A stretch of DNA of 63,143 bases, filler included, from Reticulomyxa filosa (lineage: Eukaryota > Protista > Foraminifera): assembly GCA_000512085.1 (NCBI GenBank). It is 12 parts of 12 records of this genome, joined end to end, with 100 filler letters (N's around TTAATTAATTAA, not from the genome) between each part and the next. Parts side by side here need not be neighbours in the genome. Positions count along the whole stretch, not along the records: positions 12,367 to 30,764 come from ASPP01004544.1; positions 30,865 to 40,777 come from ASPP01009313.1; 10 more parts are not named here. One strand, 5' to 3'. A program made the translations under genes and the position numbers. The notes below the pieces were generated by a model. It worked only from the letters and a program-made list of their open reading frames with translations, was not told the origin of the DNA and ran no database searches. Below, in pieces: positions 26,801 through 38,953 of this stretch (position 1 is the first letter of the stretch; every line of letters begins with the position of its first letter).

Positions 26801-29800
26801 CGCTGGGACCCCAAGGCGGTCGATATCTCTCCGTTAATAATCCGTTCGTTGTCTGGTCCACTACTTTCCAAAATCGTTGATGGGACTGCGCCTGTTGTGT
26901 TGTTGAGCAACAAACCCATTTCATTTCGCGCATTGTTTTCTTGATTGGCCTTCATCAACGCAATTCGACTAATTGTTCGTCCGTGGACTTGAATCAATCC
27001 ACCAATGGTTTTGTCCAAGGTGGACATAGCGGACAATGCGGCAGTGTGAAGCGACGCTTTTGGGAAAGGGGTGCGAGAGCCATTGAAAGTGGACCCCGCT
27101 CGGTTCAATCCTTTGGAAGTAGTTCGAACCAATTCACTGTAAAATGCCGTCGCCATTTCTTCTTTGCCAACAAATGTGTTGTAAATGTCGCATAGCTTTA
27201 GCAAGAATTCGTACGCAAAGTATCGCACATGACCATCGTAATGACACAACAATACCAAACCGTATCCGTCCGCGCGTGGGAACCATTGGAGCCACTCTGG
27301 GAACTCATCCGACTTCTCCTCGTCTTTGTTTACGTCTGGTGTGTTCAGATTGGCTGCTCGACGCGTCTTTTGTGACTTGGGTGACCATACGTCATTTTCA
27401 TCCTTGTTGTCATTTCCACCTCGCACTCCTGCCGTCGTTTTGCGGTTTTCATTGCTAACAATCATTTCTTTCTTAAACACTTCCATCAAATGAGTGACTG
27501 TTTTCAATAACATCGATAAGCATGAGGGCGATTGATAATCGCGATGACTCAACATCGTAATGAAACATTGAATAATGTCACTACGCAATTCCTCATGTTT
27601 CATTGACCTGACAATGGTACGTAACACTTGCGCTCGGACATTCGCATCTCGATGCAACACCCATTTGCCAATAAATTTGCCTGACATTGAACAGTTGTCT
27701 GGCGTTGGTTCCCATAAGGAATCGCAATTGATATGTGGGGCCAATCGCAAACAATAAATCAAAAAGTCCAATGTAATATCCGGGAAATCGGGCAACACTT
27801 GCTCCATATTCAAATCACCACTGTTCCAGTCCAATTGTAATAACTTGTGCACATGGTCATTAAACATTTGTTGTTCGTCCTGGATGGTAAAACTGTTGGT
27901 CGGAAATTCAACTATTGCGTCTCCAATAGTTAGCAAATGCTTCACCAATGGAATGTATTTACTAATTTCCACAAATAGCAATTCAAGTGTCGGTCGCAAT
28001 AAGGTTTTAATTTTGTCAAAGCTTTCATCTAATGCTTCGTCATCAAACATTCTGGACAAGTGTTCCCGGAACAGTCCTTCCGGAACACAAATGAAATTCA
28101 ATGCATACACTGCAATAAAAACGCGTTCAATGGTACCGTTTTTTGGGTTTCGAATAAATTCATTGATAGCCTCACTTGTGTAAGGAAAGTTGTGCACTGC
28201 CATTTGCACCATGCACAAACATAACAAATGGATAATTTCAGCGTCGACGGAATTTTTTGAATTGTACGTGCGATTCGACCGAAAGATTTTTTGTCCGATG
28301 AGCTGACAAATTTCAATGGGGAGTTGTGTTCTTGCCGTACCATAAGCTTGTTCTAACCGATCAATGGTCGGACGATAAGACGAGGAATGCGAATCCAGCG
28401 TTACTTTTTTCTCGTGTCCAGTGATATCACCAAATTCGGCAGATTCCAATTGCAAACTAAATTGGTCCCATGTGCTTCCACCACCTCGTAAGAAATGCAG
28501 CAAATCTGCCAAATATCGCGGACTGATGCGTTTGTTGCTAAATTTGAATTTAATGCATTGTTCCAAGTTTGCACGCATTGCATTGATTGACGAGTTACTT
28601 CGTAACAGGTCCGTGTTTATCAAACGAATTCGAGGGGATGTCAGATAATCCAAATTTTTCCCCAATTGGTCTAAGCGGGATTGTGTTTCATCTAAATATC
28701 CTTTGAGTTTCTCCACATTCGAATACAATGGAAGAGATCGCAAGGTATGTTCCATCGCACGTACACACAATTGCTGGCGATGTTGTCCATCCTTTTCCTT
28801 TTTTTGTATGTAAGAATCAAAATAAGTTCAAATTTTACCTTTCTGTTGTTATTCTCTCCTCCTTGTACTTGCCTCTGTGAAAAATTAACTTTCGATTTTA
28901 GCAACAGCGAATTTAGCCAACGCATATGTGTGTCAATTGTGCTGGGTGATCCTATGTCAAATCGAATATACTTGGCCCCGTTCAGTATTCCAGTTTTCGC
29001 TTCTTCGACTGTTGCCAGCTCTGTTGAATCAAGTCAATGATCCATATCCAAACAATCAATTTTAAATTTTAATCTTCTGTTATCTCATGCATATATATGT
29101 ACATATAATGTGTACATACATGTATATATGTATATGTGTACACACCATAGGCTTTGTGTAGTGCATGGACTGTTTCATCGGCGAAACGAGGGGTAACCAA
29201 AGAAATTAATATTCCCCATTTCCTTCTCCTTCGCTGTTCAAATGCCTGGCCCAGGATATCTCCAATTGCTGTTTGAGACAACAATGGCAATTTGGAGATT
29301 AACTTGTTGATCAAGTCTTCATGCAAATTGTTTTTCCGAGTCTTCATTGACAACTGGGAACCAGCATAATACAATACACTCGCCAAAACATCTGCCATGA
29401 TAAAGTCCATCACAAAATTGCACAACTCTTTCACTACAGGGTTGGACTTTCGTGCACGCATTACACGTTGTTATGTAGAAACAAAAAATTACACAATATA
29501 TGATCAATCATATATACATGCATATACATATATATATGTATATATATATATAAATATACAAATATACATATACATAGTAAAACCAACAAACAAACCAAGT
29601 GTTGGGAAATGTGTTGCTTCAAATATTCCAAACGAAAGGAAGTTGACTTTGAGCCACTATCAAGAGCATCAGTGCTAGGAAAGCCAGTAAGATTCTCGCT
29701 GATGCTAGTGGGCGAGTTAGTGGAGGAGAGATTGTTAGACGAGGGTAGATAATTGCGAATAGCTTCGCCGTCGGAGTTGATGATACTTTTGATAAAGGAG

Positions 29801-30731
29801 TGGAAAGCCAGAGCACCTAATTTGGAGACTCGTTGCAGGATGGGAATATAAGTGGGAACATTTTCAGGAAAGTTTTTCCACAGAGTGACAAATTCCACCG
29901 AGGTAGTGCGCGAAGGGATTTTGTTCGCGGACAGTATGGTACTCATTTCTTTGCCAACGTCTCCGACCAAAGCCAGTAACATGTTTCCCAACATGCCTTC
30001 GCTGCTGACAATTTCGGTTTCGCCCAATTGCATATTGCTTTGAACCAGTAAGTTGGTGCTATTTTCATACGCCATTTTTTGCTCTTCCAATTTGGGATTG
30101 GAAGCGGAAGATGAGCTGGCATCGCTCGCATTTTGTGCAAAGAATAAACGTCCAAACAAATTGCCTCTGTTTTGTTGAGCTTTGTTATCTGTCTTTTCAT
30201 TGCTTTTGTCTTCGATTTCCTTGATTTGTTTCTCCAAATTGGCATGTTCAGTTTGAGCGGTTTTCAGGGCTTTTCGCATATCCGCCGTTTCATTTTTTAG
30301 ACGTTCAAAGATTTCATTGCGCTGTTGGCAATTGGCAGATTCATTTTCCAAGGCTTTCATCAACACATTGGTTTCCATATTGCGAATGACAGAGAGTGCG
30401 TCATTGATACCGTAGATGGTCACATGATCTTTTGCAGCAGTCAGCAATTGCAGCAACTCGGTCTTGGCATCAAGACCTCGAATAATCTCCAAAATGAGTT
30501 TGTCCAGATTTTCTCCTCTCCCCAACTGTTCCAATATCGGGATCACTTTCACCACGATATCTGTATTTTCCTCCTCTTGTCCATCCAGCAGCTCGCTGTT
30601 GCTGTAGTTACCACTCAATGACTGTCTTCCCGATAAGCGCGACTTCTTTCGAATGCTAGCATTCGTTGCAGGGACATTGTTTGTGGTTGCTGAACCTCCT
30701 ACACTTGTTGTTATCGTCATCGTCGTCGTCG

Positions 30732-30763
<32 letters not shown>

Positions 30764-30764
30764 G
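20845..30764 (-). CDS. fry: Furry/Tao3/Mor2 family cell-morphogenesis scaffold (~3000 aa; 5' truncated; one frame break at ~25455)
   Basis: N-terminal motifs VMDFIMADVLASVL...KWGILISLVTPRF...GILNGAKYIRF. C-terminal motifs IGYEALRWAVLSTNQDIAQRAFHVYRQL, HPALFWAGIALL and FEGVQQYLLQ|GF match the MOR2-PAG1 N and C domains. Confidence 0.88.
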
Positions 30765-30876
30765 NNNNNNNNNNNNNNNNNNNNNNNNNNNNNNNNNNNN
30801 NNNNNNNNTTAATTAATTAANNNNNNNNNNNNNNNNNNNNNNNNNNNNNNNNNNNNNNNNNNNNTTTTTTTTTTAG

Positions 30877-31203
30877 GACGACGAAATGAACGAATACACT
30901 CGAAATGTGATATTTGCATGGAGTGGAGCAAATCCATCCATCCATCCTGTACTTCTTGGTGAAGGCCATGATATGAAACCTCCTAAGTCAGTTGAGGAGG
31001 CCACAGAAGAAGCGAAAGAAGAAGAAGAAGAAAAAGAGAAAGAAGAAGAAGAAAAAGAGAAAGAAAAAGAAGTAGAAGCAGAAAAAGAAGCAGAAAAAGA
31101 GAAAGAGCCCGAAGAAGCAAAAAAACCTGAAGAATCTGAAGCTGCAGAAACAAAAGTACCACCTACAAGAAGACTTACACGAAGCATGACCAAAACCAAA
31201 TAA
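30877..31203 (+). CDS. Terminal exon of an unknown protein with E/K-rich tail
   Basis: Acceptor tttttAG at 30875-30876, open frame DDEMNEYTRNVIFAWSG..., GAA/AAA-rich tract, basic end RRLTRSMTKTK, TAA. Confidence 0.65.
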   Translation, partial: DDEMNEYTRNVIFAWSGANPSIHPVLLGEGHDMKPPKSVEEATEEAKEEEEEKEKEEEEKEKEKEVEAEKEAEKEKEPEEAKKPEESEAAETKVPPTRRLTRSMTKTK

Positions 31204-31847
31204 GTCACACTCTTTTGTTCATTAGGTCTTTGACTATTGTTTGTCCACCAGATGAAATTAAAAAAATTATAACTTTGTGTCTTCAAATAATTTGATCCGA
31301 AATTAAAATGGAAGATATGGCACATTTCAAAAGTTGAAACTTTTTTTGTTAAAAAGAAAGTATTTACAATTATTGGACAAAATGAATAACACATTTTTGC
31401 AATTCAACAAACGCAATATTGAAAAACTAGTTAAAAGCAAACTGACCGCAAATGATATTTTTAGCTGGACGAACAATTAAATTGTAAAAAAACCACACAA
31501 AAAAAAGCACACATTTTTAACAAAAGTGTGAGAAATAAAAATATCAAATGTGCCAGATCTGGGTGCTACAGTCATCCAAATAAAAAAAACATTCGAACAT
31601 TTGAAATAATAAAGACAATTGATCAAATGCTCACAATAAAAACTTAAAAGTGGAGTTATGAACCAATGAGCGAAGAGAAAAATTTGCAACAATCAAATTT
31701 GCAAACGAAAAACTCGAGGCTATTTCAAAAAATAAATATAAAGCTCTGTTTTGTAAGAAAAGATATTAAATCATAATTTGGATCTGCAAGGTAAGTGTGC
31801 AATTTTTTTCTTTTAATGTTGTTTATTTTGCTTGATATTTACATGAA

Positions 31848-32907
31848 TTATCCTCTTCCATTGATAAATTCGAATAGCAGGGCCATGGCAATAATGGTAA
31901 CAATAATCCAAAATTGTACCTTGCTTCGCTTTTGTGCACACTCAATGCACGTTGCAGTTAAATGCATTGCCAATCTCAGTCTTTTTTGTATATTTCGCGA
32001 AGATAAAATTTGAATTTGCATCTGGGCAATTTCCTGATACACGCCGGTGTTGTGTAATCTCATTGGAAGTGCACCAGCCACCCAAAGACTGAAATCGGCC
32101 GGATTAGTTGGAACATTTCCAACACGATTTTGAAATTGATTCATATCTTCCCGTTCGTTATTTTGGACAAATTTTTCCACTTTCTTTAACAATGCACTCA
32201 TTAACTGAGCCTCTTTCAACGCTTCATCTTTACAAACACTTCCACCCAACGACCAATCATTGTCATCCTGACCAGTCACGTCACGTTCTAATATTCTCCG
32301 TTCTTGTTCGTCTTCATTGGGATTGATGTTTTTTTTCCCAGCGTTGTTTCCTTCTGTGGCTTCCTCTTCTTCTTCTTCTTCTTCTTCTTGCTCTTGTTCT
32401 TGCTCTTTTGTATTTGCAACATGTGGCTGATGTTGCTTTGATGTTGAAGACTGAGGCAGCAACATTGAGCCAAAGTCCGTGTTACTCGTCGTACTTTTCT
32501 CTGTCTCTTGTTGTTGTTGCTGATCCATTCGTCCACCTTCGATACATGTCGGATTCGTGGGTGACACACCAATCGATTTCTTGCGCCTCTTCAGCTGGCG
32601 TTGCATCTGTTGCTGTGCTCGTATAATCACCATCAACTGTTGCTGCTGCTTCACCAACTCTTTTGGTTGGATATCCACATAGTCCTCAGCCACCGCCGAT
32701 AATAATCCGTACGAGTTCTCTTCCACACACACGTCTGCCAACCTTTCAAGAATCATTTCGTTGTACCAATTAGAGGGGACAGGGAAAGGGAGGAAGGAAA
32801 AAAAAAAAAAAGCCATTTTTTTATTTTTCTTTCCTATTATCCCGTGTTATCATTTTGTATACGTACACATACATTCAAAAAAAAAATATATATAATTTAT
32901 AATATAT

Positions 32908-32938
<31 letters not shown>

Positions 32939-34075
32939 TAAAATGAAGCATGAAATAAAAGCAACCTGACACGTTTGATGCCGAGTGCTTGTATCATCGA
33001 CCGCCCATCAGGCAAACTGGTACATCGAACAACGCGACAGACAACGCCAATGACATGAGGTCGATATCCGGAACCCGTGATTTCGGGATCGTCAAGGCCG
33101 TCGACAGTGTCGTTATCGTTGTAATCACGCGCGTACACGCCGTTGCTATTGTCGCTGTGATCAGTTGCGGCGCCATCGCCACTCGGCAATGGCCTCGTCC
33201 TTTGAAAGTGATTGCGATAGTTTTCAAGCAATGACTGGTATGCGTACTGCGCATACGAGTGATAAATCGTTCTGCCACCACTAAAGGTATGGTCACTACC
33301 CTCGTTGTTCCTTTGGCTATGGTTATGACCGTGGCTATTGCTATTGCTATCGCTTTGGTTATTGTTATTATTATTAATTATTATTATTATTATTATTATT
33401 ATTGCTGTTGTTGTTATTGCTATTGATCGTGTGATTGTTACCGTTCGAATTACCCCCTTGGGTCGACGACGAACGACCATCTATTTCTGCGGAATTAGAG
33501 AGTGCATTGGTCATATTGTAGGAAATAACAAAGAGTCGATCCGTTCGGAGAATTCGGTCGATCATGATACGGTACATTGGCTCGTAGATGTATAAACCAA
33601 TTTTGGTAAATGGAAATGCGGCAACACGCGAACAAAAGATTGGCAGACGCACTTTGCGCTCGGACCTCTCTTGCAACACTTGGTGGCTTCTTTTTGTGTA
33701 GCGATGGGTGTTGTACTTTTCTAATAGCTTTGATATTAATGTATTTATTGAATGCGACATGGGGTCAACATTACTGTGGCGTCGACATAGTGGGCAAAAT
33801 TTATTGGATCGAAACGCCAAATGCAAACAGTCGCGGCAAAACGTGTGACCACACTCGATTGTCAATGGCTCGAATAGCAAGTTCAAACACAATGCACAGT
33901 CGAACTCATGTCTGTTGACCGACAGTATATCTTGACCCTTGCTACCTGCTGCTAAAGGTTCAGTTGGTACACTGTCCACGTCTGAATCACTTGACGGTGG
34001 AGTCAGCATCGACGGATCTTGCTGCGGCTGCGTTGAGATTGATTGCTCTGATGAAGTCGAATGTAAAAGGCTCAT
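31848..34075 (-). CDS. LON peptidase N-domain and RING finger protein (LONRF-like) with C-terminal TM; frame break in (AAT)n at ~33376
   Basis: C3HC4 RING FDCALCLNLLFEPLTIECGHTFCRDCL...CPLCR. LON_N motifs LPIF...AFPFTKIGLYIYEPMYRIMIDRIL, SLPDGRSMIQALGIKR and PADFSLWVAGALP...ILSSRNIQKRL. Confidence 0.9.
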
Positions 34076-34428
34076 CTCCGTGCAATAGAAGAAGGGCTAG
34101 GTGGAGGAGATTTTAGAAACAGTTTCCTTGGAAGTACAAGAGTACTGTTGCATCTCTTGATCAAAGCCACACGGACGGCAGCGCCTTATTGTTTGTTAAC
34201 TTTTTCACAAAGCAGCCCATTCATTTTAAAATTATGGCCACTATCATAAACAAAAGAGAACTAGAAGATCCTTGTCTTTCGAAATTTAATCTCATCCCAC
34301 AAATAAACTGTTGTGACTATATTGAACTTTAAGGGAGAACGGAAGAACAAAAAAACTTTTCATACTGAATCGACTTTTTGTAATTTTATCATTATTTCAT
34401 CAAATTTTGATTTCAATAAAATAATAAA

Positions 34429-35449
34429 ATGGCACGTTTAACTCTTCCACAAACTCAAAAACTGTTGACAAATGTTGCAGTTGTACGTTATCAAGACAAA
34501 AAACAAAGGTCACTGTACTAAAAAACAACATGACGAAAATGAAACGTTAAAAAAAATACTGACGGGCTTGGGAAAAATGAAAACAGATTTGAAATTGCAT
34601 GCTATAAAAACAAAGTAATTGATTGGAGGAGCGGTGTGTAAGTGAAAATTAAATTAATGTGTTAAAAAAAAAAACAACACACTTTTAACTTCAAAAAGAT
34701 TTATAAAAAAAAATGAAGAGAAAAAAGTATCGACGAAGTATTACAAATTGAAAGAGTATTTACGAACGTTTCAAAAGGTCAAGTCGCAGCAAAATCCGAT
34801 TTAGAAGCAGTATTCGGAACAGACAATGAAAAAGAAGTCTGTCGCATAGTTTAGCAGAAAAAAATGTAATTTGTTTGGATGAGCGATAGATGTTTTTGTT
34901 TCATTTCAAAAGAATAAAAGACATAACATAAAACAAATGTAGATACTAGAGACTGGACAACTACAAGTGAGTGGAAAAGAAAGGACTCAGCAGCTAGAGA
35001 GCAAGTTTCATGAAATCGCGACAATAATATGCGATAAGTGCGTAAATGAAGAAACACAGCGCCCTTTTCCTTTGGATGTGATTGAAACAGCGATGAGAGA
35101 TGAGCTGCACTTTAGTGTCAATTTAAATAAGTCCAGTAAGTCACAGGCATTGCAAGTCATCAAAGAAATGCAAGGTGCGAAAGTACTGCCAATTCAGAGG
35201 GGTCATATGCGCTTAAAAATCACTATCCCAGACAAAAAAATCAGCAGCAAAATTAAACCCGAAATTGCGCGTCTATGTATTGCTGTGGAAAAAGAGACGT
35301 TTGGTGCCGCTCATGTTATGACCGTATTGATGGATCCTGGACATTTTCGAGAACTGAATGATTTGGTTGCAAAGAATACTAAAGGAAAGGGAAGTGTGGA
35401 AGTTGTCGAGTTGGCTGTGCAACAATTAGGAGATACCGAATTAATTTAA
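34429..35449 (+). CDS. SBDS: Ribosome maturation factor SBDS/Sdo1, 4 exons
   Basis: [21 protein letters not shown]...R|[17 protein letters not shown]|[23 protein letters not shown]...|IL...[12 protein letters not shown]...MDPGHFREL. Confidence 0.97.
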
Positions 35450-35774
35450 TTTTGAAAGTTGCTTGTTTTGTCGGATGCATTAATTGTCTTTTATTTTGTG
35501 ATGTTTTTATCTGTTAGCAATCTCAAGAGCTACAAAATTTTTTTTAGTTATTCTTCGCTTCACATTCAAGTTTCGTTTGAAATGTGCAGGTTTCATGTGG
35601 CAAACTGATAACTAATTTTCAATGAACTTTTTTGTAATCAAAGTAAAACTTATTCAAATGAAAATTCCGCGACTCAAATGTGCTGATTAAAAGACGTCGC
35701 GTACAACACAAACAAGAAACATTGCCACGTGTTTTTTATGAGGCAAATTTCTTTTGTTTCAAAAGTGCACTCTC

Positions 35775-36441
35775 CTAATCGTCAGACCAATAGTGTTCAT
35801 CATCGTCACTGTTCTTACCCTTGCGTCGTTGGATCTTGAGTTCAACCAACAAGCAATTTAAAAAATATTGTGTGAACGTAAAACAAATTATTAACTGTGA
35901 TTTTTGATTTTTGTTTTTTCTCTGAAGCGTCTTCCAACATTGCTTTGATTTGTTCTTCTGAAACATTGCCGGCAATTTGTCCACTTGCTGCTTGTTTCAC
36001 TGTGCCATCCCAGACAAATTACTAACCACTCACGTTACAATAAACAAAACATACAACAAAACGTAACATAAGGTATCCTCAATTTCGCGCGCTTTTTCGG
36101 GCTTTACCATTGAAATACGCGATACTATTTCCGATCAGTTTTTTATTTGTTTTGTGTGAGTTTGTCACTTGAACTAACTCTCTATTTGTTGACATACGGA
36201 CATCGTTCTCTTGCTTCGGGACTTAAAATTTGTTTCAACATCATTTGTCTCTTTTCCTCTATTCTGTTCATTTTCGTATCGTTTTTTTGCCACGGAAAAA
36301 AAGAGAAGAGAAATAGTCTTAATACTGTTGTTTTTGCTGCTGTTGGTCTGCGAGCTGCTGTTGAGAGGTTGCAACTTTTTGTTGCTCTAATGCCTGCTTT
36401 GCTGCCAACTCTTGAGCCAATTTAGCTTCTTCTTGTGCCAT
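35775..36441 (-). CDS. PDCD5: Programmed cell death protein 5 (dsDNA-binding domain), multi-exon
   Basis: Spliced EEKRQMMLKQILSPEARER|..SRISMVKPEKAREIEDTL|LKQAASGQIAGNVSEEQIKAML...KSKIT|IQRRKGKNSDDDEHYWSDD*. Confidence 0.92.
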
Positions 36442-36849
36442 TTTCTAGGAAAATTTGATTATTACGCACTTATCTATACTCTAGGAGAATGTACGGAAAA
36501 GCCCCGGTCCTTTCTTAACGAAACTGTGACGAACAATACAAGCAAGAACAATAATCCAAGAAAAATTGATATATATATTCAATTATAATAGGTGCAAATG
36601 CCTTAAGCAATTGTTGATTTAATCCTATTTTTATTTGCTAACAAAAGGTAAATTAAACGGATGTGATATTTTATAAAAGTTTTTTTAGTTTTTCTTTTAA
36701 TCAAGGTGAGATATTATACTGGTAAGTATTTGAAGAAAAGAGGCTTTGAAAATTACTTTTGAGTTATGAGATGCTGTACGACTGACAAATGCAACAAATA
36801 TAAAGACATAATTCCAATTCTCTCAAACAAGTACTTGCAAAGGATTTAT

Positions 36850-37399
36850 TCAATTGAGAGACTTGTCGCTTGTCTTCAAACTGACAGCATGTATTTGAGA
36901 TATCTCTTGCTTGAGAACATCATTAACCAATCGGTGTTGTTGCAGCCTCGATAAACCCTTAAACTTTTCCGACACGACTTCGATATAAAATTTCGCACCA
37001 CACCCACCTTCATTTGTTTTATTTAGTGTTAATGCACGCTTTTGGCCAAAAAACTGCAGAAAATTCAATGTTTGCATGTTTTGGAAAAGTCTTTACCGGA
37101 CTGATCAACAACAGCCAAATGGCTGGGCTTCAAATTTTCATTCAATTTGATACGTATTGAATTTTCAATAGGAGTGCTGCTATATGAACGTACTAACTTT
37201 ATGTTTGAGTACGATTGGTGCGGGAGAATACATGTCCTTGTCGCCACCAGAGAGCCAAAACCACTGCTAGTAAAGTGTTAATTGTCACAAAAAGGAAAGA
37301 AGACAAGATTAAAATATCTTTATAATAATTCAATTAGATTTTTTTGAAAACTTTGCTGAACATGTCATGAGCACGTCGGATCAAATTGAAAAATGACAT
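36850..37399 (-). CDS. bolA: BolA-family protein (BOLA2/3-type) with probable mitochondrial presequence
   Basis: IRIKLNENLKPSHLAVVDQSG|GCGAKFYIEVVSEKFKGLSRLQQHRLVNDVLKQEISQIHAVSLKT. Candidate start MSFFNLIRRAHD at 37399; first intron less certain. Confidence 0.9.
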
Positions 37400-37808
37400 T
37401 CTCTTTTTCTGAATATTCTCCTTTTTGTTAAAAGTTTTTTCATTAATCTTTAATTTGGTACTTTCATTTCATTAATTTGCACACTCGTTAATGCAAAAAT
37501 TAAAACGTAGTTTATACGTTAAAGATAGGTTTTGACAATTTTGAAGCAAAAGTCATAGACCGAAGGACAAAGTTTAATAAAGGTGTACATTTCTGGAGGA
37601 CAAATTTTACAAAGCGCGTGAAAAATTCAATTTCATCAATACTGGTAGTATCTACACTATCAAGCAAATTCTGTTCAGTTGTTTACTTATTTTGGTGTTG
37701 ATGTCACTTACAGGAACGGCTGAACCAACAAAGAAATCGGAACTTAGATTTTTTGATTTGTACAGCCAGAGGTGCATTGGATTGTGATATTAAGACAATA
37801 ATCCAAAG

Positions 37809-38578
37809 ATGGTATGTTCTTTTTGGCTTTTGTTTCTGGCAGAGAGAAAATTGACTTAGTGGGTTTTCTGGGGAAAATAGGCGTTAGTAATTAAGGAAGC
37901 GCAATTTCAACACATTCTGCGTATTTTAAACTCAAACGTCGCTGGTGTAAAACCTGCACCAATTGCATTATGCAAAATTAAAGGAATTGGACGCAGATTT
38001 GCCACAATGATTTGCAAAAAAGCAGAAATTAACATTCGCAAAAGGTGTCTTTTTTATTTGTTTGTTCAATTAATATTAACTTAACACAAAAAAGTTGTTG
38101 GATGTACAAATTTGATTAGAGCAGGTGAACTGACTGACGAAGAAATCAGCAAAGTTAAAGCAATCATCCAAAACCCTCGTCAATACAACATCCCAGATTG
38201 GTTTTTGAACCGCAGAAAAGATATGCAAACTGGCAAAATGTTGCATTTGCACGCACACCAAATGCCAACCAAATGGAGAGAAGATCTGCAAAAATGGAAG
38301 AAATGCAGGTTTGGTTGTTTAATCCTTTTTTTTAATTTTGTCGTGCGCAATTTCGAAGAAAAGAAATTGGTTTCACTTTAGTTGTTTTTTTTTATCAACG
38401 CCCTGAAGTTTATCGCCCCTTGGTTACGAAAAAAAAAAATAAAACATACACACTACATCAATACAGACGTCACCGTGGTTTACGTCATCACTGGGGCCTG
38501 AAGACAAGAGGTCAACACACGAAGACCAACGGACATGGCAGAAACACTGTTGGTTTTGGTGACAAGGCAGCCAAGTAA
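37809..38578 (+). CDS. RPS18: 40S ribosomal protein S18 (uS13), 4 exons, intron directly after ATG
   Basis: M|[20 protein letters not shown]...IKGIGRRFA...KR|AGELTDEEI...[13 protein letters not shown]...R|[20 protein letters not shown]. Confidence 0.98.
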
Positions 38579-38897
38579 AGAATTACACTGATCTCGTTTC
38601 AAAATTTTTAAATGTTTTTTTGATCCAAAAACGAAGCAAAGCTAACACAAAACAAACTTGGAATCCTTGTTTGTGTGTTGTTGCATTTTTGGTTTCCCAG
38701 GGAGGGGAAATTTTTATTTTGAAAAATTTGTATTATTTGTTGTCAGACCATTACAGTGAATAACTTGTGCTACAAATTCAATGTCTGCTAAACTTTTTTA
38801 ACGTTACGAACCCTTTTAACTTGGGAGCTTTAATAGACCAACCAAAATCTTGGTACCTTGAGTTGTTGTATTTCCGTTTTGCACGAAATGACTAGTG

Positions 38898-38953
38898 AGT
38901 ACACAAAATTCAAGCTTGCATAAAAAGTACACAAAATTCAAGCTTGCATAAAA
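38898..38953 (+). repeat. Perfect 28-bp tandem duplication
   Basis: AGTACACAAAATTCAAGCTTGCATAAAA occurs twice, back to back. Confidence 0.95.

Noticed and set aside
36850-36852. Genetic-code reassignment of TGA
   Set aside because: Long exons have no in-frame TGA, Trp uses TGG, BolA ends at TGA at the expected position, and internal TGAs continue in another frame.
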